Shown here one piece after another: positions 33,607-45,433 of a stretch of DNA of 64,000 bases. The stretch is from positions 62,001 through 126,000 of the forward strand of contig CBFFRQ010000054.1 in assembly GCA_965644315.1 (NCBI GenBank), written 5' to 3'. Numbering within the stretch: position 1 is the first letter of the stretch; the number at the start of each line of letters is the position of its first letter. This DNA comes from Caecitellus pseudoparvulus (Eukaryota; Protista; Bigyra: Bicosoecida). A program made the position numbers and the translations under genes. The notes under the pieces are model-generated. The model had not been told where the DNA came from and searched no databases. It was given only the letters and a program-made list of their open reading frames with translations.

Positions 33607-34470
33607 GCTTGGAGAGGTTCACGCGGGGCAAGCAGCTGGCGAGCGCTTGCAACGTGGCAACTCCCAACGCCGTCTCACCCCTGCGAAGGGTAAAGCTGCA
33701 GGTAGCTTGGGCTGGCTCGATAGCTTTGCTAGGCTCGAGCAGTCAAGGTGTGCTGGAGACAATCAAATTCTGAAATGACTTGCCCAACGCTTTGCCCGGT
33801 GAAGTGTCCGCCTGGTCTCTCCGTGATTGGTGCTGGATTTGGTGGGGGTTGGAGGACATTTACTGCAGCCTAGAGCCTCTTGGGTGGGCTACCCACTTGT
33901 GCTGTTGCTCATTCTGAAGCTGAGAGGCCAAGAATCCAGGAGCCATGACGTTGTGCTGAACGCACAGCTCCTAGTGCACGATTTGATGCAGTTGTCAGTC
34001 AACCTGTGTCTGGAAGGGTACAATCTGAAAACACTTTTCACGTCACTTGACAAGGTAAGATGAGCGAAAAAATTCCGCCCCTCCCGCAATCCCTCCCTTC
34101 CTGCCCTCTGTATCAATAAAAGGGTGCCCGCGGCCCAGTCTTGAAGCGGAAAGCGTTCCACGTTTGGCCACCCTGGTGCAGCTGGGCACGTGCGAGCCCT
34201 CTGGCACGCAAGTGGGCTGTGCGATCAAATCAGGCAGAGCCGCCATCTGCGCGGTGCTTCTTGTTTTTTCAATTCAAACGACACTTTATCGGCTGTCCGT
34301 ATCTGTTCGTCCTCGCAGGTCTGGGCCGTGGCCGTGAAGGTCCCTTTCGGGTGGTGCCCGTTTCAGCGGCGTTTCGCATTGCCAGTGCGGTCGTCATTCT
34401 TGCTCTGAAGGCCGCCACCAATAGTATACACTGTTCCACACGCATTTGACTGGCGTGTTGTTCCTCCACC

Positions 34471-37400
34471 ATGTCCCGCAGAGTCCCGCGCTGCTGTGCA
34501 GGCACGCCAGTAGCGCAGTGGCAGCGCACGTGCATCTCGGGCGCACACCGCTCGCGCAATGCCGCGTACATCTTACCTGGTGTGCTGGTGCTGGCATGCT
34601 TGCTTCTTGTGAACGTATTTCTCATCCCATTGCTGCTGCCTGCATCATCGTCGTCGCTTCCAGGGAAGCAGTCGTCCAACAACGTGCACATTGTGGACTT
34701 CGTACCTGCCGAGACTCGCCGCTACATCGCCACACACGGCGCGACCGACGCCTTTCGAGTCACAGAGTGGCCTCCAACGCGGCAAGTGCAAAAGGTGCCC
34801 TACACCATTGTCACCCAAGTGTACGGCCGCCACCAGCTCTGGCAGCTGCGAGATTTTGCCGCCCGGTATGCAGGGGAGGCAGCCCGGGACGCTGGGTGTG
34901 TCGGGCTGGTGTTTGTGTGGAACAACCTGCAGGTGCCCCCGCCCACCGGGGCCGACGTTGGCGCTGCGGTGCCCGTGCGCGTCATTCGCATGCGCCGCAA
35001 CAGCATGAACAACCGCTTCCTGGTGGGCCGCCACATTGACACGGACGCGGTGGTGTTGGTGGACGATGACCTGCGCATCGCCCAGGCTGACCTGACCTTT
35101 GCGGTACAGGCGTGGGGCAAACACCAGCGCCAAATCGTCGGTTTCCTGCCCCGTGCCCACATTGTCCACGAGAACAAGGGCGCAACTAGCGCTACTTATT
35201 CGTTCTTCCCGCTGCCGTCCGGGCACTACTCCATGGTGCTGGTGGGGGCCAGCGTGTTCCACAGGGACCTCATGGAGGCTTACGCCGCGAACACGCAGCT
35301 GCAGGCGTACGTGGACGAAGTCTTCAACTGTGATGACATCGGCCTGAACATGCTGGCGTCCAGCCTGTCGGGCCTACCGCCGGTGCACGTGCAGGGGGAG
35401 GTGGTCTCTGTCATGGATGTGACGCGGCACGGCGGCCTGTCGGAGCAGGGCGGCTGGATGAACATGCGGGACAAGTGCTTGTCAGAGCTGCCTGCCCGTG
35501 CCTTTGACAACACTCTCCCACTCCGGTGGAGCGACGTGTCTCTGTCCCCCGCGAAACAGGAGTACACCGTGCTGCGAGTGGATTCGCACGACGCGCCCGT
35601 CACTGGCGAGCAGGGCGTGACCAAGACCATGCAGACGTTCTTTTCGGGGGGTACAGAGTACGGGGAGAGCGGCGCACAGGCGTCCCTCGTCGTGACGGCG
35701 TGGGGCAGGCCTGAGAACTTGGTGAAGATTCTCTGCGAGGCTCACGCAAAGTATCCCTTCCTGGATGAGTTTGTGATCGTCAAGAACAACCCCAGCTTGG
35801 AGCTGGCCAAGGAACTGCACAGCTCTACGTGTGTTGGCCAGATCCAGTCCTCCATCGTCATCCTGAACCAGGAAACAAACATCTTCACGCAAGCCAAGTA
35901 CGTCGGCTGCCAAGCAGCCCACAACGACCTCTGCTTCATCATCGACGACGACTTCCTGCCGTCCAACCTCAACTCCCTGCACGCCCTGGCAGCCGCCAAC
36001 CCACACCTTATCACCGTCGGCACGGATGCCAGCTCCTGGGTCCTGTCTCGCAAGTGGTCCTTCCTGGACATTGCTGCGGACCTGCACACAGGCTTCACGT
36101 GGCTGGGCACCGGCGCCTTCGTGCCTCGGCACCTGGCGCTGAAGTTCCTGGAGCTGCAGGAGGCACTGGCATTCACAGATGAACAGAAGCGCTTCGCAGA
36201 CTTATACTTCAGCCTCCTCCTAAACGAACTGCCCACTGTGGTGCAGCAGCCGCTTCACCAAGAGGGCCTGAACACAAGTGGCGCGTTCTCGTGCAGCACG
36301 TGCACGGACAACCGCGCCAAGAACTCACAGCACCAGGGGCGTGCGTTGGGCATGGTGAAGAAGTGCCTGGGCTCGCCTGACTGCCCCATCCAACGCGGCT
36401 TCTTCTCGCGGTCCAACTTGGAGCCGGTGCACAAGGCCATCAGCCACGGCGACGACAGCGTGTTTCTCAGCACCATCGACCCTGTGTCGGACAACTGGTG
36501 CCGCACATGCCCCCACGATGTCGCCTTTGCCAAGGGCTGGGCGCCCGAGCACGGCTCCTTCCACTTCATCCGGGCTGTGGATGGGGATGCCAGCACGAAG
36601 TGGGACTCGCACCGGCGCATGAAGTCTAGCGACTGGTTCGGGCTGGACTTCATGCGCTTGCAGCTGGTTGAGGCGGTGACTCTGCAGTGGAGCGGGTGCG
36701 ACGAGCCCACCAGCCTCCGGCTGTTGAGCGCAGACACGCTGTCCAGCTGGGCACCGCTGGACTTTGACGTGGACCCGGCCAACCCCAGCACTCTGCGCCT
36801 GGCTGACGGCCCCCGAGCCATCCGGTACTTGAAAGTGCGGTGCTACGGCGGGACGCGGGGGCCGATCAGCATTGCGGAGATCGGGTTTGTGCCCTTCGTG
36901 CCAGAACGCCGCGCCGACAAGGAGAACACGCTCGTGGTCAGCAGCTTTGCAGGGCCGTCGGACCAGGACCCCATGACTCAGATTGCCACGCAACTTGCAT
37001 GGAGCAATAGCGTCACGCTGGTGTTCCTAGGGAGCGGTGAACACGCAGGGGCTTCCAAGGCCTCCCAAGGCCTGGACGATGACTCCATCCGCACGCTGTC
37101 CCTGAAGGAGATGAAGAAAGTCCTGCCGCACCCCCCCAGCACGAACCCGCCCATTCCCCAGGCGGCAGACGCGGTGGTGGTGGCTGAATGGCTGGCTCAG
37201 CAGCACTTTGGCGTCGTGCACTTCGACGTGCAGGCGTCTGCCATGATACACGCCGTGCGACGCCGCCGACTGGGCCTGGCGCACACAGACACCGTCTTCG
37301 TCTGCCACGTGCTCTCGCCGCAGGAGCTGCGCATGGAGGAGACAGCGGGGGTGCTCAGCGACTACCCGTCGCTGGTGCGCGGCACCATGGAGCACGTGGC

Positions 37401-38994
37401 CATGACCAACGCGGACATCGCCGTCTTTTCCAACGCCAAGCTGCTGGACAGCACCGTGTCCAAGCACAACTGGAAGGGTGCACCGGCGGTGCTGCTGGCG
37501 TACCCGCCGCCCCCGCACAACCTCATCAGCGTCTCGGCCCAGCCAGCAGGCACCGACGCACACCACTTTTTCTTTATCGAAAGCATGTCCACGGAACTGC
37601 TGGCCTTGCAGGAGCTGGCGCGCATGCTCAAGCAGCTGGGTGACGGTCAGCCCGTGACGCTGTGGGCCAACATGGCGTCTGCCCAGTCGCGGGGCCGGCT
37701 GCAGAAGCTCGTGGAAGGCGAGGGGGGGCGTGCAGGGCATGGCGCCTCGCCCGGCACAGCACTGCAGCTGGGCAGTGCCACCCTGCACATCGTGGAGCCC
37801 CGCCCCATTGCTCGGGGTGCTGCTCTGCTGATCATGCCTTCGTCCCGGTCAGAACACGCGCTGGTGCAGGAGGCGCTAGCGGCAGAGGTGTCCATTCTCG
37901 CGCCAGACTGGTACGAGTCCAGCGACCCGCCGCGCCCCGGGACGTGTGCAGAGTTCTTCCCCCTGGCGTCTGGCGTGGTGGGCCTCGTGGACGCCATCGC
38001 CGCCTTCGTACGCACGGGGTGTGCGCCGGAGCAGCGCGCGTCAGCACTGCACGACGGCAGGGCAGGGCAGCAGCGCACGACCCTGGCGCAGCTGCAGCGC
38101 ATCGTGTCGTCTCAGCGCCACGCCAGCCTGCGCAGGGCGCCTGCCAGCCGCGTGCTGCAGCCTCAGCGCGGGAAGGCGCAGCCGCCCAACCCGTTGGTGT
38201 CTGTCATCCTCCCAGCGTTCAACCGGGGGCCGGAGCTGCTGGAGGCAGTGGACTCCATCCTCGCCAGCACGTACCCACGCGTGGAGGTGGTCATTGTGGA
38301 CGACGGCTCGAACCCTGAGTTCATGCAGTACCTGAAGGAGGCGGAGGCGAAGCTTGGAAGTGCGGACAGAGGCACCGTGCACTACCGCAGCCACTCCGGC
38401 CCCTCAGAAGTGCGCAACTTTGGCGCCCGGCATGCAAGCGGCGAATTCCTGCTGTTCTTCGACAGTGACGACATCCTGCACGCAGACGCCATCGAGAACA
38501 TGCTGTCTGTCATGCTGACGCAGCAGGCGGACACGGTTACGTCATGGCTGGACACGTTCGGCATCGGCGACGGCGGCTCCAAGGTGCCCAAGGGCATGTA
38601 CGCGCCACTGGGCCCCTGGTACCCCCTCACCGTCTTTTCCAACACGTTTGGCGGCGGCAGTGCCATGCACCGCAAGGCAGCCTTCTTGAGTGTGGGCGGG
38701 TACAGCCCCGTGCTGCCTGGTGTCGCACACCAGGACTACAACCTGCTGGCCAAGCTGCAGGCGTCCGGCAAGCACATGGTAATGATGCCCATCCCCACCT
38801 ACTCCTACCGCCGCAAGTCCAGCGGCAGCGTCTTCAACTCTGCCATGAGCACCGCTCTGAACCGCCGGCACAGTCTGGCCCCCTACACGGATGGCGTGTC
38901 GTGGCCCCAGCACCTGCTGGCCGAGTACGCCTTTGGACGCACAGACCTCCAGATTAGTGGCGTGCATGGCTTGCCCCCTCCCCTGCATGGATGA
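34471..38994 (+). CDS. Multidomain glycosyltransferase: TM anchor, GT64 (EXTL-like), second GT-A, F5/8 discoidin, degenerate GT-B-like region, GT2
   Basis: GT64 motifs VWNN, NSMNNRF, TDAVVLVDDD, IVGFLPRAH, YSMVL, NCDDIGLN. Second GT-A: VTAWGRPENL..LCFIIDDD. F5/8: AVDGDASTKW..WFGLDF. GT2: VSVILPAFNRGPELLEAVDSILASTYPRVEVVIVDDGS..FFDSDD. Confidence 0.85.
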   Translation: MSRRVPRCCAGTPVAQWQRTCISGAHRSRNAAYILPGVLVLACLLLVNVFLIPLLLPASSSSLPGKQSSNNVHIVDFVPAETRRYIATHGATDAFRVTEWPPTRQVQKVPYTIVTQVYGRHQLWQLRDFAARYAGEAARDAGCVGLVFVWNNLQVPPPTGADVGAAVPVRVIRMRRNSMNNRFLVGRHIDTDAVVLVDDDLRIAQADLTFAVQAWGKHQRQIVGFLPRAHIVHENKGATSATYSFFPLPSGHYSMVLVGASVFHRDLMEAYAANTQLQAYVDEVFNCDDIGLNMLASSLSGLPPVHVQGEVVSVMDVTRHGGLSEQGGWMNMRDKCLSELPARAFDNTLPLRWSDVSLSPAKQEYTVLRVDSHDAPVTGEQGVTKTMQTFFSGGTEYGESGAQASLVVTAWGRPENLVKILCEAHAKYPFLDEFVIVKNNPSLELAKELHSSTCVGQIQSSIVILNQETNIFTQAKYVGCQAAHNDLCFIIDDDFLPSNLNSLHALAAANPHLITVGTDASSWVLSRKWSFLDIAADLHTGFTWLGTGAFVPRHLALKFLELQEALAFTDEQKRFADLYFSLLLNELPTVVQQPLHQEGLNTSGAFSCSTCTDNRAKNSQHQGRALGMVKKCLGSPDCPIQRGFFSRSNLEPVHKAISHGDDSVFLSTIDPVSDNWCRTCPHDVAFAKGWAPEHGSFHFIRAVDGDASTKWDSHRRMKSSDWFGLDFMRLQLVEAVTLQWSGCDEPTSLRLLSADTLSSWAPLDFDVDPANPSTLRLADGPRAIRYLKVRCYGGTRGPISIAEIGFVPFVPERRADKENTLVVSSFAGPSDQDPMTQIATQLAWSNSVTLVFLGSGEHAGASKASQGLDDDSIRTLSLKEMKKVLPHPPSTNPPIPQAADAVVVAEWLAQQHFGVVHFDVQASAMIHAVRRRRLGLAHTDTVFVCHVLSPQELRMEETAGVLSDYPSLVRGTMEHVAMTNADIAVFSNAKLLDSTVSKHNWKGAPAVLLAYPPPPHNLISVSAQPAGTDAHHFFFIESMSTELLALQELARMLKQLGDGQPVTLWANMASAQSRGRLQKLVEGEGGRAGHGASPGTALQLGSATLHIVEPRPIARGAALLIMPSSRSEHALVQEALAAEVSILAPDWYESSDPPRPGTCAEFFPLASGVVGLVDAIAAFVRTGCAPEQRASALHDGRAGQQRTTLAQLQRIVSSQRHASLRRAPASRVLQPQRGKAQPPNPLVSVILPAFNRGPELLEAVDSILASTYPRVEVVIVDDGSNPEFMQYLKEAEAKLGSADRGTVHYRSHSGPSEVRNFGARHASGEFLLFFDSDDILHADAIENMLSVMLTQQADTVTSWLDTFGIGDGGSKVPKGMYAPLGPWYPLTVFSNTFGGGSAMHRKAAFLSVGGYSPVLPGVAHQDYNLLAKLQASGKHMVMMPIPTYSYRRKSSGSVFNSAMSTALNRRHSLAPYTDGVSWPQHLLAEYAFGRTDLQISGVHGLPPPLHG

Positions 38995-39219
38995 GGCCGG
39001 ATGTGTGTCGGCATGGATGCCACATCGACGGCACGTTGAGGCTTGCGGTATCGCCTGCGCACACTGCCTCCGGACAAGACCGCCCCGCTGGCACAACGAC
39101 AAGGGCGAATAGACAGCGCAATGCACAGGGAAGGCCTGCGTGGCAGCCTGGCCGGCCCAGTCGCCAACTGGCAAAGACGGCCGAGGGCACGCGACGACAG
39201 GCGCGCAGCCGAGCCAGGC

Positions 39220-40918
39220 ATGGCAAGCGCCACGACGCATGACATGAAGGGGCCAGCGGCGCCCCATGCCGGACAAGTGACAGGCCACTGTTTGTTCCAG
39301 TGGGGATTCACGCGGGAGGCGCTCTTCTGGAAGGAAGCCCGCGTTTGGGCTTCGCTTGCTGTGCGTGTGCAGCGCCGAGCAATTTCCGCTCGCACATGCA
39401 CTTGCCGCCGCCCTGCGCATGCCCGTTAGCGACCCTCCCACCGCCATTGCGCCGCCACAGGTGCCTCGTTCCATAGCCATTGCATGCCGCCTGGGCATGT
39501 CCCTCACTGACATCGCAGTGGTGGGACACTTGCTGGGCACACAGGCCCTGGCAGGCGCTTCCCTGGCGCAAGTCTGGCTCACCTGCACCAGCACTTTTCT
39601 CTTCCTGGCCCTGGGCATGGCCACCAACACCCTGTGCTCCCAGGCGGTGGGCGCTCGCAACACCCGCCTCGCGAACACCTGGCTCGCCATCGCTATGCTG
39701 ACCGCCACCGCAGCCGCCCTGCTGGTGGGGTTGGCGTGGGGCTGGGGCGGGGCGGCGCTGCTGGGCATGGGTTTTCGCAGAGCAGAGGCGGTGCTGGCGG
39801 AGCGCTTCACGCGGTACGCCATCCTTGGCGTGTGGCCGGCTGTGGCGTACCCCGTCCTGACTTCTTACCTGCAGGCACGGGGCGTGGTGCTGCCCATGAT
39901 GGCCATCAACGCCTGCATGCTGGGGGTGAACGCGGGGTTGAACTTTCTCCTCATCGGCGGGGCGGGGGCCTGGCCCGGCCTAGGCTTCATTGGCTCCCCC
40001 ATCGCCACAGCCATTTCCCGCTGGCTGCTGGTGCTGTCCCTGGCAGCGTATGTCTGGGCGGCTGGCATGCTGTCCCCGAAGGGGGGGTCTGGCGAGGCGG
40101 GGGGGGCCTGCACCTGGTCTGACGTTGCACATGCGGGGCGGTGGCGTGAGTTCCTCGTGGCGCAAACACTTCCGGCAGCTGTGGGTCGGGCGGCAGAGGA
40201 GTGGCAGTTGCAGGCAATCGCCCTGCTGGCAGCTCGCCTGGGCGAGGTGCAGTTGTCGGCTCACACGGCATGCTTGAACCTGTTCTTCTTCGTGACCAGC
40301 CTGCTGTATGGGCCCATCCGCAGCGCAGTGACTCGCATCGGGCACTACCTGGGGTCGGGGGAGGTGGCCGGTGCCCAGATGGTGGCCAAGTTGAACTTGG
40401 TCGTGTGTTCCACGTTGGGCGCGTGTGTCGCGGTGGTGTTCTTCGCTGCCCGCTCCGTGCTGGGCCGGCTGTTCTCGTCTGACCCCCGCGTCGTGGAGGG
40501 GGTGGCTGAGTTGGCCTGGTTCGTGGGGGGGGGCTACACCGCCATCGCCCTGTTCTACGCATCCATGGCCGTGCTGAGCGGCGCCGCCAAGCCCCGCACT
40601 GTCGCCGTGGCGTTTCTCATCGGCGCTTGGGCCGTGTGCGTGCCGCTGGCGTATGTGCTGGCCAACGTGGCTGACCTGGGCCTGGCAGGCCTGTGGGTGG
40701 GGCTGGTGGTGGGGTACGCCGTCGTGACAGCCATCTCTTGCACGGCGGTCATGCGCCTGGACTGGGAGGGTGTGGCGCGAGAGGCTGTGGCCCGCAGTGC
40801 TCAGGGCGACGGGGGCGAGGGGGGTGAGGGGGGGGGTGCTGCGCTTGCCGCGCCGTTGTTGGAGGGCGGCGGCAAGGGCGGGAAGCTGCGTGACGAGGGG
40901 GTAGCGGTGGACATGTGA
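39220..40918 (+). CDS. MATE family transporter
   Basis: TDIAVVGHLLGTQALAGASLA, GLGFIGSPIATAIS, EEWQLQ, TRIGHYLGSG, LGLAGLWVGL; about 12 TM helices. Intron ~39361-39460. Start uncertain. Confidence 0.9.
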
Positions 40919-41097
40919 CGGGTGTGGGCGGCGGTTCGTCGGCTGGGGGACGCGCTTGGGCCGCAGGGCTGGGGGGCGCCGCTGCCAGCAGTGCGCCGTA
41001 CTCGCCACAAATGAAACTCCACATGCCACACGCGACCCCGGCAGTCACACCTGCGCTTTCACCCGACACCCAGGCAGGAGCTCTGGTCGTGCCAGGC

Positions 41098-44000
41098 ATG
41101 GGGTGTGTTCCTTCCTCGCCTGGCGGTGCCATGGCGCCGGGGGAGGTGCCGCCTGACGCCATTGACGCCCGTGGCATGAGCAGCGACGTGTTTGGGCCAG
41201 ATGAGGTGCGGTCGTGCTGGAAGCATGCCGTGCGCCTCACCTTGGCACCTGCCTGCTCTGGCCCTCCTTCACAGTCGGGATGCCCGCCTGCAAACGGCCA
41301 GTTGGAGAAGCGCAACGCGCGGGGGCGCTGGCAGTCGCGGTATTTTGTGGTGGGTGCAGGCTGAGCCGGCGTTTCGCGGCAAGGCACCACTGCGCACTGC
41401 ACCTCACCCTCCCGCCGGCCTGCAGGCGAACAACGGCTTCTTGAACTACTACCCTGACCGTAAAAAGGAACAGTGCATTGCCTCCATCGACCTGTCCAAG
41501 GTGAGGGTGCATGCGTGGCGTGCCCGCTTGCCACCTTGCTCGCCGTGGCGTTTCAGCCATGCATCCCGCGCCCCCCGCACGCCAGGTGCTGAACGTGAAC
41601 ACCGTGGACATGAGCGGCACCTTCGTGCTAGATTTCGGAGACGGCGAAGAGTATGAGTGCGTGGTGCTGCCCCTGCCCCGGCACACCCCGTTTCACTCTC
41701 ACATTCACTCTTGCTCCCTCTCTCCTCAGCTTGCGTGCAGGCGACCTCTCGGCTGCCTCCACCTGGTGTGAAACGCTGCGCCCCCGCGTGACATGGGCCC
41801 GGGAAGCCGCCAAGCAGCAGGCACAGGCCCGTACAGCGGCCTTACGCGGCGGCGTCGACACGCCTGACTCAGACGGTGACGACGAGGAGGAGGACGCAGT
41901 GCAGGATGTACTGGCACCGCTGCCATCCGGCGGCCCCGCCTCGGGTGCTGCCGGCCGAGGCGCGCCCCGCAGCCGTGCGATGAACCGGCGTGCTTCCCTG
42001 CTGCAGGCCCACAAGACCCTGAGCCAGCGGGCCCCCGAGGGCGTGGCGTTGTTCTCCCGGTCCACCCGGCACACCGCCCCCCCCGACCCCCCCCGCTCCC
42101 TCGCCGAGCGACTGGCTGATGAGTACGATGGGGGGGGTGCCGGGGGGGGAGGGGGTGGGGCTGGCATCACGCGCTCCCCCTCTGGCCGCCGTGTGGCGGC
42201 ACCCCCCCCCCGCAGGCCCCAGCGCCCCCACGGAGCAGCCGCCCTGGGAGGGGGGGGTGCCGGTGTCACGTCCCCCCCCTCCCGTGGCGGTGGCAGTGTA
42301 CCAGCCCCCCCCACCCTCAGCGGCTGGTTGAAGAAGCGCGTGCCTGGTTCGCGCCTGGCTGCCTGGCAGAAGCGGTGGCTGGACCTGACTCCCGAGGGGC
42401 TGTTCATCCGCACGGGGTCCGGCTCCAAGGACTTTAACGCTCGCCTGCCGTGCCACCTCATCCGCAGTGTGGCGCCACTGTCCGCGCGCACTGTGGAAAC
42501 GGCCTTCACGGTGACCCCCCCGCCCACCTGGGGTGTTCCGTTCACCCTCAAGGCCCGCACACCTGCCGAGTGTTCCGGGTGGGTGCAGGCCCTCACTACC
42601 GCCGCAGCCCAGGCGGCAGGGGCTAGGGGGGGCGGCTCCAGTACCACACACCGGACATCCAGCGTGGGCGGAGGTGGGGACGCCTATGACTCGGATGACT
42701 CGGACGCTGGGCGCGGCGGCGGCGGCGGCGGGCGGAGTCACCTGCCGCCGTGGATGCAAGCCTTCCAGCAAGCGGACGACGGCGAGCGTGTGCTGAGTGT
42801 GGAGACCTTTGTGCAGGATACGTTTCAGGGGGCGCTGCAGGCGGAGGGGGATATTGGTGCGTTACATGAGGCAGTGATGCAGGGCGCCGCGACGCTGGAT
42901 GAGCGGGTGACAGAGGCGCTGCGCCACGGGCGATCTAAGATCGTGCTCATGTACATCGTCGCGTACGACCGGCGCCTGACCAACCAGCTCAGCACGTGGA
43001 CGTCAGGCACTGCGCTGTCCGATGTGAAATCGGACAAAATCCTGCAACTGCTGGACGCAGTGCAAGCGTACAGTGGTGTGCGGTCTCGGGCAGTGGGTGG
43101 CGTGGCGGTGGTGGAGGATGCGACGGCAGCACAGGCAGCCGAGAAGGGTGCCGAGCTGGCGGAACAGGCGCGCCTGCTGTCTGACCAGTACGTCGCCAAC
43201 CTGGCGCCCGAGTTGAAACGCATCAGGGAGAACACCGTCGCGCAGGTGATGGCGAAGGGACTCGACGCGGTGAAGCAGGATGCCGCCACGCTCAGCCGTA
43301 CCCGCCTGAAAACCTCCATGCCGTTCGACTTTTTCCAACTGCTGGAGATTCCCCTGGCCATGGCACGGCGGGGGGGCTCCCCTGCGCTGCAGCGCCAGCT
43401 GCTGTCCAAGGCCATGGAGGAGGTGACACATCTGTCTGCTGACGTGTTGGCAGGTGTGAAGCGGCAGTGGAGCCAGCGGCCGGAGGCACTGGAGGAGGAT
43501 TACGTCTGTGCGCTGGTGAACGACTGCGGGTCGCTGCTGGACCTGCTGGAGCAGTTTGAAGACCGCTTCGAGGCCACCATCGCCGTGGAACGCGCCGAGC
43601 GCAAGCGCGCCCTGGCGTCTGCCGTGCTGGGGGGGGCACACGGTCAGGGTGCGGCGGCGGCGGACGGGCCGACCGAGGTGGATGACTTGGCGGGGGTGGC
43701 GCTGGACCTACCCCGCACGCAGAAACAGGTCATGCACTGCGCCGTGTTCTTGACTGGTGTTCTGCGTGACGTCGTCATGGGCGACCTCATGCCTCATGTC
43801 AGCAAGCTGTTCGGGGCGGGGTGGAACCCAGAAGGCGCCGCCCCCGATCCACCCATGCAGTACCTGCTGGGCACGCTGAGCGACTTTTTTGACGATTTCC
43901 AGGCGTACCTGCACCCCTTCTTCATGCGCATCCTGTCGGGGCAGGTGTTCCAGGCCATCATCACAGCCTACGTGGCCATGCTGGTTCAGGCCTCCAAACC

Positions 44001-45066
44001 CCGCGGCAGCCTGCTGGCGCTGGGTGCGCGGCACTTCACACCCGCCATGCAGGCAGAAGTGCGCTCAGACGTGCAGCTGTTGAACGGCGGCGCGGCGCAG
44101 TACCTGGGGGACGAGGACCGCATGGTGCTGTTCAAGCCGCTGTTCTTCGCTCGTGATGCGTTGACGGCGCCCCTGGACGAAGACCCCGTGACCGGCCTCA
44201 GCTTCATGGACGTCATGGAGCAGCACCTGGTCAACCTCTCCCACGCCGGCATGCACTGGTACCTCACCCTGCAGGCACTGCTGCGTCTACGGCCTGACGT
44301 GTCGGACGCAAACCGCCCAGGGCTGCTGGTGGCGGCACGGCGCGTGTTCAACGCATCAGCCGCCGACCCCGGCGACGAGGCGGAACGCAGCATGCTGCTC
44401 CTGGGCAACGCAGCATCCTGGTCCCCTGCCACGGCGTGGCTGTGCGTCATGTGTGCGCTGTGGCCTGACTGTGGCGAGCAGTATGAGACTTGGCTTGCCG
44501 AGGCGGAACAGTGGGAACAAGAACAGCAGGAGCGCGAGGCGGCGGCAGCTGCTGCCGCTGCTACGCCTGCCAAGCGCGGGTTCTGGGGTGGGCTCTTCGG
44601 TGGCCGCGGTGCGGCTGAGAGTGACTCCAGTGTCAGCCCCGCCCAAGCCCCCGTCACAGCCGACACGGGGACACCGGCACTCCCCCCCGACGGCGGCATC
44701 GTGGAGCTGTCCTTCGACCAGCTTGTTCCTGGAGCCGTGGCCACGGGGGGTAGCACGGGGGCGGGGGGCCGGGTCCGCCAGCGCTCCGCATCCAGGTCGT
44801 CCCTTGCCCCAGGGGCCCTCCGGCACTCAGCGTGGGGGGGGGGTGACGACCTGCCGTCGCCTGGGGCCATCGACTTCGACGGCGCGGGGGGTGGGCCCAT
44901 GGCCTCCGCGCCGCCCACCCCCACTGACTCCTCCTGGGCCACCCCCTCCCCTGCTCCCTCCCCCGCCCCAGTGCACACATTCGGAGGGGGGGGTGGCGGC
45001 TTCTCTCGGGGTGCCGCCTTCGGAGCTCGACGACGGGGTGTGGATGATGAGGATGATGAATGGTAG
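41098..45066 (+). CDS. Protein with an N-terminal MGC acylation motif, two PH domains and a Sec6/EXOC3-like domain
   Basis: PH1 is assembled from about four small exons (GQLEKRNARGRWQSRYFV..LNYY..IASIDLSK..LRAGDLSAASTWCETL). PH2 is SGWLKKR..WQKRW..ECSGWVQAL. Sec6 motifs: TSMPFDFFQLL, YVCALVND, DLMPHVSKLFGAGW, LGTLSDFFDDF, LLRLRPDV. Confidence 0.75.
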
Positions 45067-45433
45067 TGTCACGGCGGCGGCGGCGGCAGCGGTGCGTGCC
45101 GAGTTGGATTTGAATGCAGGGTCGTGTCACCAGCACCTGCACCAACCGCGGCGGGTTGTGCAACGTGCAGCCCCCGCCGCCGCACACGCCCAAAGTATCC
45201 ACAACAAACCCCTCACACTCCTTTTTCACATGCACTGTTGGTGCCTGTGTTGCCTGTGTTGCCGTGCCGCGTTCAGCACCACGCTTGCTCTGCCTGGTGG
45301 TGCAAGGAAACTCCGCACCTTCAGCCACGCCCACACCCCACGTGCGTGCACAGCGGCGCCGCACGGCACACTGCCCACGCCATCCCCACCACACACCATG
45401 TACACCGTCCACCCCACCCCCCCCCTGCAGACC

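Noticed and set aside
33780-34450. Short ORFs between the TPR-VHP and glycosyltransferase genes
   Set aside because: No recognisable motifs and frequent stops; most likely a divergent promoter region.
8938-40918. Functional glycosylation/export cluster (TMEM260, multi-GT, MATE, ABCB)
   Set aside because: The genes are separated by unrelated housekeeping loci; nothing beyond GT-MATE adjacency supports co-function.
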